From Terriglobia bacterium (GTDB lineage Bacteria; Acidobacteriota; Terriglobia; Acidiferrales; UBA7541): a DNA stretch of 64,000 nt. Below the pieces are notes generated by a model, which ran no database searches, was not told the DNA's origin, and worked only from the letters and a program-made list of their open reading frames with translations. The DNA lies in NCBI GenBank assembly GCA_963695545.1, contig OY968796.1, forward strand, positions 2,976,001 to 3,040,000. Direction: 5' to 3'. The translations under genes and the position numbers were made by a program. This document shows positions 1 through 9,456 of this stretch, piece by piece; position 1 is the stretch's first letter, and each line of letters starts with the position of its first letter.

Positions 1-3
1 GCC

Positions 4-1296
4 GTGGCAAAACAGAAGATTTTCCCCGCGAAGAAAATCTCCGGCGCCGTCGAAGTGCCCGGCGATAAATCCATCTCGCACCGCTACGCAATTCTGGCCT
101 CGCTCGCCAGCGGCGCAAGCGAGATCGCGCATTTCTCCGCCGCGGACGATTGCCGCCGCACCCTCGAATGTTTCCGGCGCCTCGGAATCGAGATCGAGCA
201 GCGCGGCGATCTGGTGCGCGTCGGCGGAGCGCGCCCCGAAGGCTTGCGCGCGCCGCGCCGCACGCTCGATGCCGGCAATTCCGGCACCACCATGCGTTTG
301 CTCGCAGGCGTGCTCGTGGGCCAGGCCTTTAGCTCGAAGCTCGATGGCGATGGTTCGCTCCGCCGCCGCCCCATGCGCCGCGTGATCGACCCGCTCACGC
401 AAATGGGAGCGAAAATTCACGCGCGCGACGGCGGCACGGCGCCGCTTGAAATCGAAGGCGCGGTGCTGCGCGCGATCGAATACAAATTGCCGGTGGCCAG
501 CGCTCAAGTGAAGTCCGCCGTGCTGCTGGCGGGCCTTTTCGCCGACGGCGTGACGTCCGTGATCGAAGATATTCCCACGCGCGATCACACCGAATTGGCG
601 CTCGAAGAATTTGGCGCCGAAATACTTCGCGAAGGCCACGCGATTCGCCTCGAGGGCCATCCGTCGCTCGAAGGGCGAAAACTCACTGTGCCCGGCGATC
701 TTTCCTCCGCGGCTTTTTTTCTCGCGGCGGCGCTGATTTTGCCCGGCTCGACGCTTGCCGTGCACGACGTTGGCTTGAACCCCACGCGCACCGCGGTGCT
801 CGATGCTTTCGCGCGCATGGGCGGCGCCGTGCAGGCGATTTCCGTGCGCAGCGCCGGCGGCGAATTGGTCGGCGATCTTTCCGCGCACCACGCGCCGCTC
901 GAAGGTGGCGTGATCGAAGGCCCGATGATCGCGCAATTGATCGACGAACTGCCGGTGCTCGCCGCTCTTGGTCCTTACACCGAGCAGGGAATCGAGATTC
1001 GCGGCGCGGAAGAGTTGCGAGTGAAGGAAAGCGATCGCATCGGCGCACTCGTTGAAAATCTGCGCCGCATGGGCGCTACGGTCGAGGAGCGCCCGGATGG
1101 CCTGCGCGTCGAAGGCCGCCGCGCGGGCCGTTTGCACGGCGCGACCATCGAGACGCGCGGCGATCATCGCATGGCCATGGCGTTTGCCGTGGCCGCGCTC
1201 GGCGCCGAAGGACCGACGGTGATCGAAGACGCGCAGTGCGCCGCGGTATCGTATCCGGATTTCTTCGCGACGCTGGAAAGATTGGTCGAGCGCTAA
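4..1296 (+). CDS. aroA: 3-phosphoshikimate 1-carboxyvinyltransferase (EPSP synthase)
   Basis: PGDKSISHR, DAGNSGTTMRL, ASAQVKSA, ELRVKESDRI and DHRMAMAF motifs; GTG start. Confidence 0.97.
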   Translation: MAKQKIFPAKKISGAVEVPGDKSISHRYAILASLASGASEIAHFSAADDCRRTLECFRRLGIEIEQRGDLVRVGGARPEGLRAPRRTLDAGNSGTTMRLLAGVLVGQAFSSKLDGDGSLRRRPMRRVIDPLTQMGAKIHARDGGTAPLEIEGAVLRAIEYKLPVASAQVKSAVLLAGLFADGVTSVIEDIPTRDHTELALEEFGAEILREGHAIRLEGHPSLEGRKLTVPGDLSSAAFFLAAALILPGSTLAVHDVGLNPTRTAVLDAFARMGGAVQAISVRSAGGELVGDLSAHHAPLEGGVIEGPMIAQLIDELPVLAALGPYTEQGIEIRGAEELRVKESDRIGALVENLRRMGATVEERPDGLRVEGRRAGRLHGATIETRGDHRMAMAFAVAALGAEGPTVIEDAQCAAVSYPDFFATLERLVER

Positions 1297-1383
1297 GCTC
1301 GCCGTGATCAACGCGCGGTAAGTTCGCGCGGAACGCTGAACGCCATGCGCGCGCATTTTGTCGCGCGTTAGCGCGTGGCGCGC

Positions 1384-2748
1384 TCAGCTTCCTTTGCGCA
1401 GATTGATGTCGCCGTAGGTTGTGCGCACGTGAATCGTTGGGCCGTGCGTGCCCGCTTGGCCAACGAGCGACGATCGATCGTCGTCTTTGTGCGTCGCAAT
1501 GCCGGGAAATTCGCTGTCCACGTCGCCGGAATCCGACACCGCGTCGATTTGAAAATTCGATTGCGCCGGCAGCGTCACGGAAACATCGCCGGAACCATCG
1601 GTGATGTTCACCGGCTGGCGCGGCTGCTGCGCGAAGCGCACGTCGACGTCGCCATCATGATCGTCGATGTCGATGCTGCCCGCGATGTTTTCGATCACCA
1701 CGTCGCTTTTTTGCGTGGTCACGCTCACGGCGCCGGAGGAATTTTCGATATTCAGATCGCCCGAATCGAGCTCGAGCGTTCCGGCGAGCGCGCTCACGGT
1801 CAGATTGGCGTGCTTGGAACTCAAACGCGCGCCCTTGGCGATTTCAGAAAGGTGAATCGGCCCGTAATATTCGCCGTCGATCGCCACTTCGCCTTGCACG
1901 CTCGAAATCGAGACTTCATCGCCCTTGCCGGAGAGCTGCACATTGCCCGCGACGCCCGTGATGCGCACGTCGCCATGGTCGGTCGATGCGGTGACGTCAG
2001 CTCCGGCGTCGCGGATATCGAGATCGCCCTTGTGCGTCGTCGCTTCGAGCGTGCCGGCCACGCCGGCAACCACCACGTCGCCCTGCTGCGTTGCCGCCGA
2101 AATGGATGCGTGCTGCGGAACGTGCACATCGAGATCCGTGTCCATTCGGCCCGAGTCCGATCCTTGCTGTTGCGGTTCGACCTCGAAACTTCCGTCGTGA
2201 TTGTCCACGATGATGAAGTGCACGGCGTCAGCGCGCGATTGCGCGTCGCTTTGCCTCAGCTCGTTCACCGTTTTCTTCACCGTCACCAAAATTTCCGCGC
2301 GTTCTTCCGCGTGCACCGAAATATCGCCGCGCACATTCGAGATTTCGATGCGCGCATTCGCCGGAACCGCCTGCGGCGAACTGACCTGTTCGGTGAAAAC
2401 GTATGGATTGCCGAAGTTCACGGCCCAAAAATCCGCGTCGCCCAGCCGCTCGCGCACTTTGGAGATTCCACCGGCCACCGCCACGAGCAAAAGAATCGCG
2501 ATGATCAGGAAAATATCGCCGCCGCTCACGATGCGCGGCGCGGGAGCATCCGGTCCCGCGCGCTGCGCCACCAGATAGTCGATCAGCCGCGCCACGCCCA
2601 GCAGGATCAGCAGCAACGGCCACCAGCGCAGCACCGCATTCCAGAGCTCGAACACAGGGTAGAAATTTTGAATCAGGAACAACGCGCCCAAGACAACCAG
2701 CACCAGGCCGCCAAAAATCGAGTTTCTGCCGCGGCGTTGTTCGCTCAT
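1384..2748 (-). CDS. LiaF/DUF5668-type membrane N-terminus plus DUF4097 beta-strand-repeat domain protein
   Basis: N-terminal GGLVLVVLGALFL..RWWPLLLILLG helices, then many short G-D-V/I beta repeats ending TTYGDINLRK. Confidence 0.8.
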   Translation of the reverse strand: MSEQRRGRNSIFGGLVLVVLGALFLIQNFYPVFELWNAVLRWWPLLLILLGVARLIDYLVAQRAGPDAPAPRIVSGGDIFLIIAILLLVAVAGGISKVRERLGDADFWAVNFGNPYVFTEQVSSPQAVPANARIEISNVRGDISVHAEERAEILVTVKKTVNELRQSDAQSRADAVHFIIVDNHDGSFEVEPQQQGSDSGRMDTDLDVHVPQHASISAATQQGDVVVAGVAGTLEATTHKGDLDIRDAGADVTASTDHGDVRITGVAGNVQLSGKGDEVSISSVQGEVAIDGEYYGPIHLSEIAKGARLSSKHANLTVSALAGTLELDSGDLNIENSSGAVSVTTQKSDVVIENIAGSIDIDDHDGDVDVRFAQQPRQPVNITDGSGDVSVTLPAQSNFQIDAVSDSGDVDSEFPGIATHKDDDRSSLVGQAGTHGPTIHVRTTYGDINLRKGS

Positions 2749-2802
2749 GACCGCTTGTCCGTCACATCGCGCATACGATTTCGTCCATCCTTGACTACGA
2801 AT

Positions 2803-3021
2803 CTACGACTTCGAGCTCACGTGCCCTTCGGTCGAAGCCAGCGACGCGGCCAGCTTCATGCCGCCGACCGCAAGAAGAATCACGGGCCACAAACGGCCGA
2901 AGCTCAGGCCGGGAACCATTTGGTCGAGCAGAAAAAGAACACCCACGGTGATCAGAATCACCGGGCCCATCAATCGATTCGTCGAACATCGTTGGCACTT
3001 GCATTCAACCTTGTCGGACAT
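2803..3021 (-). CDS. small LiaI/LiaF-like (DUF5668) membrane protein with N-terminal CxCxxC
   Basis: CKCQRC then GPVILITVGVLFLL..LWPVILL; in operon context. Confidence 0.75.
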   Translation of the reverse strand: MSDKVECKCQRCSTNRLMGPVILITVGVLFLLDQMVPGLSFGRLWPVILLAVGGMKLAASLASTEGHVSSKS

Positions 3022-3075
3022 CCGAGCCGTCCCTCCGAATTTCGGCGCTGCGCCAGCGCCGGCCGGTCGATTTCT

Positions 3076-3786
3076 TCAGCGCCGGTTCTTCAACACTTGC
3101 CACAGCCCCAGCGCGATCAGGATCAGCGGCCAGCCGTGCGCAACCACGCGATCGGCATCCAGCCAGCCGAGATTGTCCGCCAGAAAAATCGCGCCGATCA
3201 CGATCAAGATCACCGGGAGAACCAGACGCGGCCGCCGATCGGACGCGGGCGCGTCCGCGGGGGCGGCGACGGGCAGCACGCTCGGCGATTGCTCCGCGGC
3301 GGGCGCGTCCGTCGGCACAAAGCCGCTCGATTGCGCCGGCGCGGGCGATCGCGCGGGCCCCGCCGATTGCCCGGGCGCGGCAACAGGGAACGCGTACGCC
3401 TCTCGATCGCGCAGGTGCATTGCCGTGACGCACGCTTCGATCGGCATGTACACAACGAAGAAAGAGATCAGCAAACTGTACAGGACGTGTTGCGAACCGG
3501 CGGAATCGGCGGTGACCAACCCCACGAAGATCGCCACGTAAATCAGCGCCTTGGTGTACTCGCGATTGTAGACCGCTCCGAGTCCGGGAATGAGTCCCAA
3601 GAAGAATGCCGCGACAGGAGAGTGTTGGCTTGCGCGCGCGGCCGGCGGCTGCGTTACCAGCGCCGCCAGACACGGCTCGCAATAGTGCATTCCCCGAACG
3701 CTGCGCGTGCACTCCGCGCAAAGCGCTTTTCCGCAATTCCGGCAGTACGCGGTGGCGTCCGCGTCGGGATGTACTGCGCATTTCAT
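3076..3786 (-). CDS. B-box-type zinc finger membrane protein with C-terminal DUF5668
   Basis: CAVH..CRNC..CAEC..CEPC N-terminus, LIPGLGAVYN TM segment, C-terminal LIVIGAIFL..WPLILIALG; overlaps the anti-sigma stop. Confidence 0.8.
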   Translation of the reverse strand: MKCAVHPDADATAYCRNCGKALCAECTRSVRGMHYCEPCLAALVTQPPAARASQHSPVAAFFLGLIPGLGAVYNREYTKALIYVAIFVGLVTADSAGSQHVLYSLLISFFVVYMPIEACVTAMHLRDREAYAFPVAAPGQSAGPARSPAPAQSSGFVPTDAPAAEQSPSVLPVAAPADAPASDRRPRLVLPVILIVIGAIFLADNLGWLDADRVVAHGWPLILIALGLWQVLKNRR

Positions 3787-4553
3787 AGCACGCTCCTCGG
3801 ATTAATTCCCGGAACGAGGGTCGCCGCTTCGGCCGCGGCGCGGCGCATTAGATTGATCGGGTGACTCGCGCGGCTCGGATCGCGAGGCCCGAGGGACGGA
3901 GTGACGTGCGGAGCGATTTCGGTTTGGCCGGGAGCTTGCCGCTGCGCGGGTTTCGGCTGCGGCGCGGAATCGGGTGCCTGCTGGCCCTCGAATGCGGATT
4001 GAATCTCGTAGACCACGCGCGAATCCGAGACGTACTTCGTGCCGCGCGCGTAGATCAAATGACCCTGGCGATTCGCCTCGCGATAGATGCTCGCCGGCTG
4101 AAGTTCGGCCACCGTCGGCTGGCGCCACCTGATGCCGAGCGCGTGCGAGACCACCACCACCGAGATCAACACCGCCGCCGCGCCGTATGCGAACTGTGGC
4201 TGCGCGATTGCGGAGAGCCAATCGAACCACCCGCGCTCCGAATCCGCGGGCCGCGTGGCCGGAACCGTGGGCCTGGCAGCGGGAATGGACGCCACGCCGT
4301 GCTTCGCGTCGCGCGCGCCGATCGTGCGATCCAGAATCGAGCGCACCAGCTCGGGCGGCTCTTCAAGCAAAGCCATGCCGCGCATTTCGCTGACGGTTGC
4401 GCCGACGCGCGCCGAAAGCGCGGCGCAAGCCGAGCAGCCAGCGCGATGCCGCTCGAAAGCCGCCAGTTCGTCCGCTGCGAGCAAGCCATCGGCGAAATCC
4501 GAAAGCCGCTCTTCGGTTTCGGCGCAGGCCCAGGTTGTGTGATCAGCAGCCAT
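3783..4553 (-). CDS. zinc-binding (zf-HC2/ZAS) anti-sigma factor
   Basis: LSDFADGLL..HRAGCSAC (HxxxCxxC), one TM helix, directly after the ECF sigma gene. Confidence 0.88.
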   Translation of the reverse strand: MAADHTTWACAETEERLSDFADGLLAADELAAFERHRAGCSACAALSARVGATVSEMRGMALLEEPPELVRSILDRTIGARDAKHGVASIPAARPTVPATRPADSERGWFDWLSAIAQPQFAYGAAAVLISVVVVSHALGIRWRQPTVAELQPASIYREANRQGHLIYARGTKYVSDSRVVYEIQSAFEGQQAPDSAPQPKPAQRQAPGQTEIAPHVTPSLGPRDPSRASHPINLMRRAAAEAATLVPGINPRSVL

Positions 4554-4562
4554 AATATTGTC

Positions 4563-5174
4563 CTATTGCGCGCGAACTCCCATTTGCTCGAGCAGCCGCG
4601 CAAGTTCGATACGCCCGCGATTGATCCGCGATTTCACGGTTCCCTCAGGCACAGACAACACTTGTTGAATCTCGCGATAATCGTAGCCTTGCAGGTCGCG
4701 AAGGATCACGGCCTCGCGCAGCTCGGGCGACATTTTCCCCAGCGCGATTTGCAGATGCCGCTGAAGCTCGCCGTGCTCGGCGATCTGGTCCGGCCGGCGG
4801 CCGGCGGAAGGTTTTTCTTCCACGGGCGAGACCTCGTCGTCGATCGAATCGGTGATGCGATCGCGTTTGGTCCGGCGGTAATTGTCGATCAATAAATTTC
4901 GCGTCACGCTGGTCATCCACGCGGTGAATGCGCCTTGCGCCGAGCTGTAGCTGCCGAGCGTGCGAAAGACCTTCACGAAAACATCCTGCGTGAGGTCTTC
5001 CGCGGCGTGCCGATCGCCGGTGAATCGGTAACACAGGTTGTAAACGCGCCGCGTATGCGTTTGCACGAGTTGTTCCCAGGCCGAGTTCTCGCCTCGCAGG
5101 CACTGCTGGACCAGTTGGTTGTCTGGCTCCAACGCAGCTTCCGCCTCGATCGAGCTCGGCTCCTCGGTCTCCAC
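4563..5174 (-). CDS. ECF sigma-70 factor (RpoE/SigW-like); start uncertain (GTG 5174 or TTG 5132)
   Basis: AEDLTQDVFVK region 2 and YREIQQVLSVPEGTVKSRINRGR region 4. Confidence 0.93.
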   Translation of the reverse strand: METEEPSSIEAEAALEPDNQLVQQCLRGENSAWEQLVQTHTRRVYNLCYRFTGDRHAAEDLTQDVFVKVFRTLGSYSSAQGAFTAWMTSVTRNLLIDNYRRTKRDRITDSIDDEVSPVEEKPSAGRRPDQIAEHGELQRHLQIALGKMSPELREAVILRDLQGYDYREIQQVLSVPEGTVKSRINRGRIELARLLEQMGVRAQ

Positions 5175-5180
5175 TGAATG

Positions 5181-5207
5181 TAACGCAGGCTGCGCCCGAA
5201 ATGTTCC
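5181..5207 (-). promoter_or_regulatory. putative ECF-type autoregulatory promoter GGAAC-N17-CGTTA
   Basis: Minus strand GGAAC (5207-5203), 17 nt spacer, CGTTA (5185-5181), 6 nt before the in-frame GTG of the sigma gene. Confidence 0.65.
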
Positions 5208-5406
5208 CTTGGCAATCGGCTTGCTCGGGCATGCGCAGGGCGCGAATGCCCGCATCTTAGTCTCGGCGGCGGGAGGTGACAAGGCGCGCGGGGGCTCCTC
5301 TAGCGTGGGCCACGCCCGAATCGCCCTAGGCGAACTGCTCATGGATCGGGAGATATCGCCGGTCCGCTCGTGCCCAGCGCAATCGGCGATCGATTCAGAA
5401 CGTTCG

Positions 5407-5685
5407 CTACGAAGCGCTCTCCGCGGAAGTGGGGTCGATCATGCCGCGTATCACAGATACGGAGTCGGCGGGAAAGCCCCCGCGGCGCGCGTGCTCGCGA
5501 ATGGCTTCAGCATCCGGCGCGATATACACGCAATAAATCTTGTCGTCGGTGACAAAGCTTTCAACCCACTGCACCTGGGGAAGGGAGCGCAAGACACTGC
5601 AAGACTTCTCGGAAATGGCTTGAAGCTCGGCGGCGCTGAACTTACCCGCGCCGGGAATTACGCGTTCGATGATGAACTTCGGCAT
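5407..5685 (-). CDS. DUF4242 family protein
   Basis: MPKFIIER..WVESFVTDDKIYCVYIAPDAEAIREHARRGGFPAD; AGGAG RBS. Confidence 0.9.
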   Translation of the reverse strand: MPKFIIERVIPGAGKFSAAELQAISEKSCSVLRSLPQVQWVESFVTDDKIYCVYIAPDAEAIREHARRGGFPADSVSVIRGMIDPTSAESAS

Positions 5686-5921
5686 GGCGATCTCCTCTCG
5701 AACGATTCAATCGGAATTTTTCTGAGCCCGAAAAGTGGCATCATTGTACGCGCATCTTGCCCATTCGCAACGCTCTAAAGTAATTGCATCGGGGGCGAGT
5801 GCCGAAGCCCGACATCCGACGGGGCAATCGCCGGCGGTGTGTGATCTGCCCCTTTCGGAAAGCCGCCGCGAGAGCATGTCGCTCGCCAGGAAACTGAGCC
5901 ATCACCGGGAGGGCTGATTCC

Positions 5922-5951
5922 TTGACACCCGGCCGGGCGAGCGGATACGCT
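5922..5951 (+). promoter_or_regulatory. putative sigma70 promoter TTGACA-N18-TACGCT
   Basis: Perfect -35 and TAnnnT -10, 8 nt before ATG 5960. Confidence 0.5.
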
Positions 5952-5959
5952 CCGGGCCG

Positions 5960-7078
5960 ATGCGTAGTTGGCTTCGTAAGTCCCTTCTTGTGGTCCTTGT
6001 GGTCGTGGTGTTGGCGGCGCTGGCCTACCGCTCCAGGCGCGCCTTTCACATCGGCAATTTCAATTGGTCGAAGCTGGGGCATGCGGTGGCGCATGCCAAT
6101 CTTTGGCTGCTGCTGCTCTCGATCATTGCGATCTACGCCTGTTACGCAATCCGCGCGTTTCGCTGGAAATGTTTCTGCCGCCATCTGGGCGAATCGAGTT
6201 TCTGGGGCGTTTACGGCGGCACGATTATCGGATTCGCCTCGATCTTTCTCCTGGGCCGCGCCGGAGAGCCGGTGCGGCCGCTGATCCTCGCGCGCAAAAC
6301 GCGCTTTTCGGTTTCCAGCCAGTTTGGCATTTACGTTCTTGAGCGCCTGTTTGATTTCGCCACTTCAGCCGTGATGGCTGGAGTGGTTCTTGCAATTTTT
6401 ACCAGGCAGCTTTCCACTGCCGGCGCCGACGAAGCCTGGGTGGTCAAAGCGCGCGCGAGCGGCGGCATCTTGCTCGCGGGACTCCTGGGCCTCGCGGCCA
6501 TGCTCGCGTATTACCGTCTCCACGGCGCGAACGCGATCGACCGGAGGCTTGGAGGCTGGCGCCGCGCCGGAGGATGGCGCGGGCGCGTAGCCGCGCAGTT
6601 CACCGGCTTTAGCGAAGGGCTGCAAGCGATTCGCGATCTACGCGATTTGGGCGTAGCCGGATTGTTATCGCTGGTGCACTGGATGCTCGTCGCGTGCATT
6701 TATCTTTGGGTGATGCGCAGCCTCGGCGAATCCTTCGCTGGATTGAATTACCCGAGCGCCGTGCTTCTGCTTGCCGTCACCATGCTTGGCTCGCTGCTCC
6801 AGCTCCCGGGCGTCGGCGGAGGCGCGCAGGTCGCGAGCTTCATCGCGCTCACGCAGATCTTCGGCGTCGATCCTGAACCGGCCGCGGCCGCGGCGATCGT
6901 GTTGTGGCTCGTCACGTTCGCGGCCTCCACGCTGGCCGGTGTTCCGCTGTTGATCCGCGAAGGGTGGTCCATGGGCGAGCTGCGGCGTCTCGCGCGATCG
7001 GAAAAGGACGCAGAGGAAATCGGCGAGCACGTCGGCGTTGGCGCCAGCACAGGTCCGGACGGAGGCAGCGCGCGGTGA
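5960..7078 (+). CDS. lysylphosphatidylglycerol synthase TM / UPF0104 flippase-like membrane protein
   Basis: Multi-TM; IRAFRW, GRAGEPVR, LERLFD and PGVGGG motifs. Confidence 0.85.
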   Translation: MRSWLRKSLLVVLVVVVLAALAYRSRRAFHIGNFNWSKLGHAVAHANLWLLLLSIIAIYACYAIRAFRWKCFCRHLGESSFWGVYGGTIIGFASIFLLGRAGEPVRPLILARKTRFSVSSQFGIYVLERLFDFATSAVMAGVVLAIFTRQLSTAGADEAWVVKARASGGILLAGLLGLAAMLAYYRLHGANAIDRRLGGWRRAGGWRGRVAAQFTGFSEGLQAIRDLRDLGVAGLLSLVHWMLVACIYLWVMRSLGESFAGLNYPSAVLLLAVTMLGSLLQLPGVGGGAQVASFIALTQIFGVDPEPAAAAAIVLWLVTFAASTLAGVPLLIREGWSMGELRRLARSEKDAEEIGEHVGVGASTGPDGGSAR

Positions 7079-7539
7079 AGTGCCCGTTCTGCTTTCATTC
7101 CGACGACAAGGTGATCGACTCGCGCGAGGGCAAGTCGGGGGATCTGATTCGCCGCCGCCGCGAATGCATCAAGTGCGGCCGCCGCTTCACCACCTACGAG
7201 CGCGTCGACGAAATCCCCTACATGGTCATCAAGAAGGATGGCCGCCGCGAGCGCTTCGAGCGGCAGAAAATTCTGCAAGGCCTGCTGCGATCGTGCGAAA
7301 AGCGCCCCGTGCCGACGACCAAGCTTGAATCCCTGGTCGACGAGGTGGAGCGCTTCGTCAACGAAGCCCCGCAACGCGAGCGCGCCACCAAAGAAATCGG
7401 CGAGCTGCTCATGAAGCATCTCAAGAAGCTCGACAAAGTCGCCTACGTGCGCTTCGCCTCTGTCTATCTCGATTTCAAAGATGTGAAAGAATTCATGGCC
7501 GAATTGAAAGGCCTGATGAAGGAGCGCGGCCGCCACTGA
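7075..7539 (+). CDS. nrdR: transcriptional repressor NrdR
   Basis: CPFC..KVIDSRE..IRRRRECIKCGRRFTTYE, ATP-cone, DKVAYVRFASVY; GTG overlaps the upstream TGA. Confidence 0.97.
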   Translation: MKCPFCFHSDDKVIDSREGKSGDLIRRRRECIKCGRRFTTYERVDEIPYMVIKKDGRRERFERQKILQGLLRSCEKRPVPTTKLESLVDEVERFVNEAPQRERATKEIGELLMKHLKKLDKVAYVRFASVYLDFKDVKEFMAELKGLMKERGRH

Positions 7540-7608
7540 CGGGCTTGTCTGCTCGGACGGGACCCCGCGTGGTCTCGTCAGAAACGGCGACACACTTCCA
7601 GTTTCCGT

Positions 7609-8055
7609 TTAGATTTCGGAATCCGTAAAAAGAGTCTCAGTGCCGGGGAGCCAGCGAGTGTGAACAGCAGCTTGTTTGTGGCGAGCCGTCCGTGCAGGAA
7701 TCGCAGCGCGGCAGAGATGCACTTTCGATTTGGGCAGTTTCTCGACAGCCATCCAACGTCGATCCCGGTAAACCAGTATCGATGACCAGTCCAATTTTGG
7801 CTGCCCGTCCTGATAGCCCTTAGGGTACGCGAAGCCCCCGCCCGCAATCCATCGCGCTTGGTGTGGCGTTTCCCAGTGAGAGCACGCACCAACCAACAGC
7901 ACCCACTCGCCGCGCGTGGGCTTGTCATCGTGCCGCTTTGTGAATTCGTCCGCCAGGACGGCTAACGCTGTGCGCCAAAAGTCCCGGTCATCGTCCGCGC
8001 CCAGGTTGGGCTCGACGGATTCAAAGGGACAGGTCGGACTTTCGTGGGCGTCCAT
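7609..8055 (-). CDS. hypothetical protein, possibly frameshifted near its 3' end
   Basis: Lower-GC ORF filling the gap between convergent nrdR and the GNAT gene; protein-like reading continues in another frame after a T5 run. Confidence 0.5.
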   Translation of the reverse strand: MDAHESPTCPFESVEPNLGADDDRDFWRTALAVLADEFTKRHDDKPTRGEWVLLVGACSHWETPHQARWIAGGGFAYPKGYQDGQPKLDWSSILVYRDRRWMAVEKLPKSKVHLCRAAIPARTARHKQAAVHTRWLPGTETLFTDSEI

Positions 8056-8121
8056 GAAACTAATCGAAAGAAAGATCGTAAATCAGTTCTGAGAGAAAAC
8101 CAATCTACATCGGCATGCGCT

Positions 8122-9120
8122 TCAGGCCGCTTGCCACACGCCGGCGGCGAAAGTTTTCACGGTGCGAAATCCAAACTGTTCATAGAGGCGCGCGGCCTGG
8201 CGGTTCGATGCCGTCACGGTGAGCGAGAGCGCCGTATAGCGATGCGCGACGAGTGCCTGAATCGAGGCGGTCAGCATGCGCGAGCCGAGGCCGTGGCTTT
8301 GATATCCGGGCATCACGCAAATTTGAGTGGTGTGCGCCACGCCGGGCGCCACAGTCGAAGTCAAAACAATTCCCGCGAGCTCCGTCGTGTAGGGCGCGCG
8401 CAGCACGAACGATGCTTCGGGATAAAATAATCCGCATCCGGGTAACACGATGATGTTCTTCAGAAATTTCAGCGCGCCGGATTCGCTGCGGTATTGATCG
8501 TTGATCTCGCCGTCGACGTGATTCGCATACGCGAGCTGGATCAATCGCGCGGAGGCGTTCAGATGGCGCTGCTCCCAGCGCTCGAGCACAAACCCAGCGC
8601 CGATGCCATCGCCCGCCGCGCCCCGCGCATGCGGCGCTGAAGCGCTCGCGCCGCCAGTGTGATTCGCTGCCGCGTCCTTCAGATCGAGCAACATGAAATT
8701 CCGCGTCGAAATGCGGAAACCGTGAAAGGCCAGCGCGGGATCGAGAGGGCAGCCGAAAGGCATCAACTGCGCTTCAATGCGCGAGATTTGCGGCAACGCG
8801 CGCAGCGTGCCCAGAACGTCGCCCAGAAGTTGCTTGGCGAGCTCCTCTTGCGGGAAGCGCTGCGAAACGTAAAGTCCGCCGACCAGGCCCTTGTGTTCTT
8901 CGATAACGTAAAACGTGTAGCCCGCCGGCTCGCCGTTTTCGAGCACCGCCGCGCCCGCAAGCGATCGCGCGTCAACAAAGCGCCGGATCACCTCGATCGA
9001 GTTGCGATAGTCCCAGTGCAGTTCCTCGCGCCAGAAGCGCGCCTCTTCCTGCAGCAGCGGCTCGAGTTGCCGCGCGTTCATCTGGCGCAGGTCGACAATC
9101 GCCATAGTGGCCATAAGCAA
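8122..9120 (-). CDS. tandem-domain GNAT family N-acetyltransferase
   Basis: C-terminal ICVMPGYQSHGLGSRML..LTVTASNRQAARLYEQFGF acetyl-CoA motifs. Confidence 0.88.
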   Translation of the reverse strand: MLMATMAIVDLRQMNARQLEPLLQEEARFWREELHWDYRNSIEVIRRFVDARSLAGAAVLENGEPAGYTFYVIEEHKGLVGGLYVSQRFPQEELAKQLLGDVLGTLRALPQISRIEAQLMPFGCPLDPALAFHGFRISTRNFMLLDLKDAAANHTGGASASAPHARGAAGDGIGAGFVLERWEQRHLNASARLIQLAYANHVDGEINDQYRSESGALKFLKNIIVLPGCGLFYPEASFVLRAPYTTELAGIVLTSTVAPGVAHTTQICVMPGYQSHGLGSRMLTASIQALVAHRYTALSLTVTASNRQAARLYEQFGFRTVKTFAAGVWQAA

Positions 9121-9456
9121 GCCGCGCGGCGGCGCGCGACGTTACCACTATCCTACTTCACCGCGCGCGAACTTGTGAATCCCCTCGGGTTCCGGGCGGA
9201 AGCTCGCGGCGAAGTCGGATCGGCGGCGGCGTGCCGCTAAAATGCCCGTCCCCCGGGCATGCGCTCGGCGCGGACGCGTTGACTTCATTGCACATCTCGA
9301 AAAAAGTTCGCTACGCGCCGCCGGTTCAGCCAGAGCATCTGTGTTACCATTCGCTCAGTTGCCGATTGCGCCCGACCGGGTGTCGCGGATCGAACTCCCG
9401 GCGCGGAGGGGAACGGCCGTGGGGCCCGCAAGGCCCTCAAACGAGCCGCCGAATGC

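Noticed and set aside
1375..3864. 829 aa + strand ORF
   Set aside because: Antisense shadow of the minus-strand ECF operon genes; Arg/His-rich with no motifs, typical of high-GC DNA
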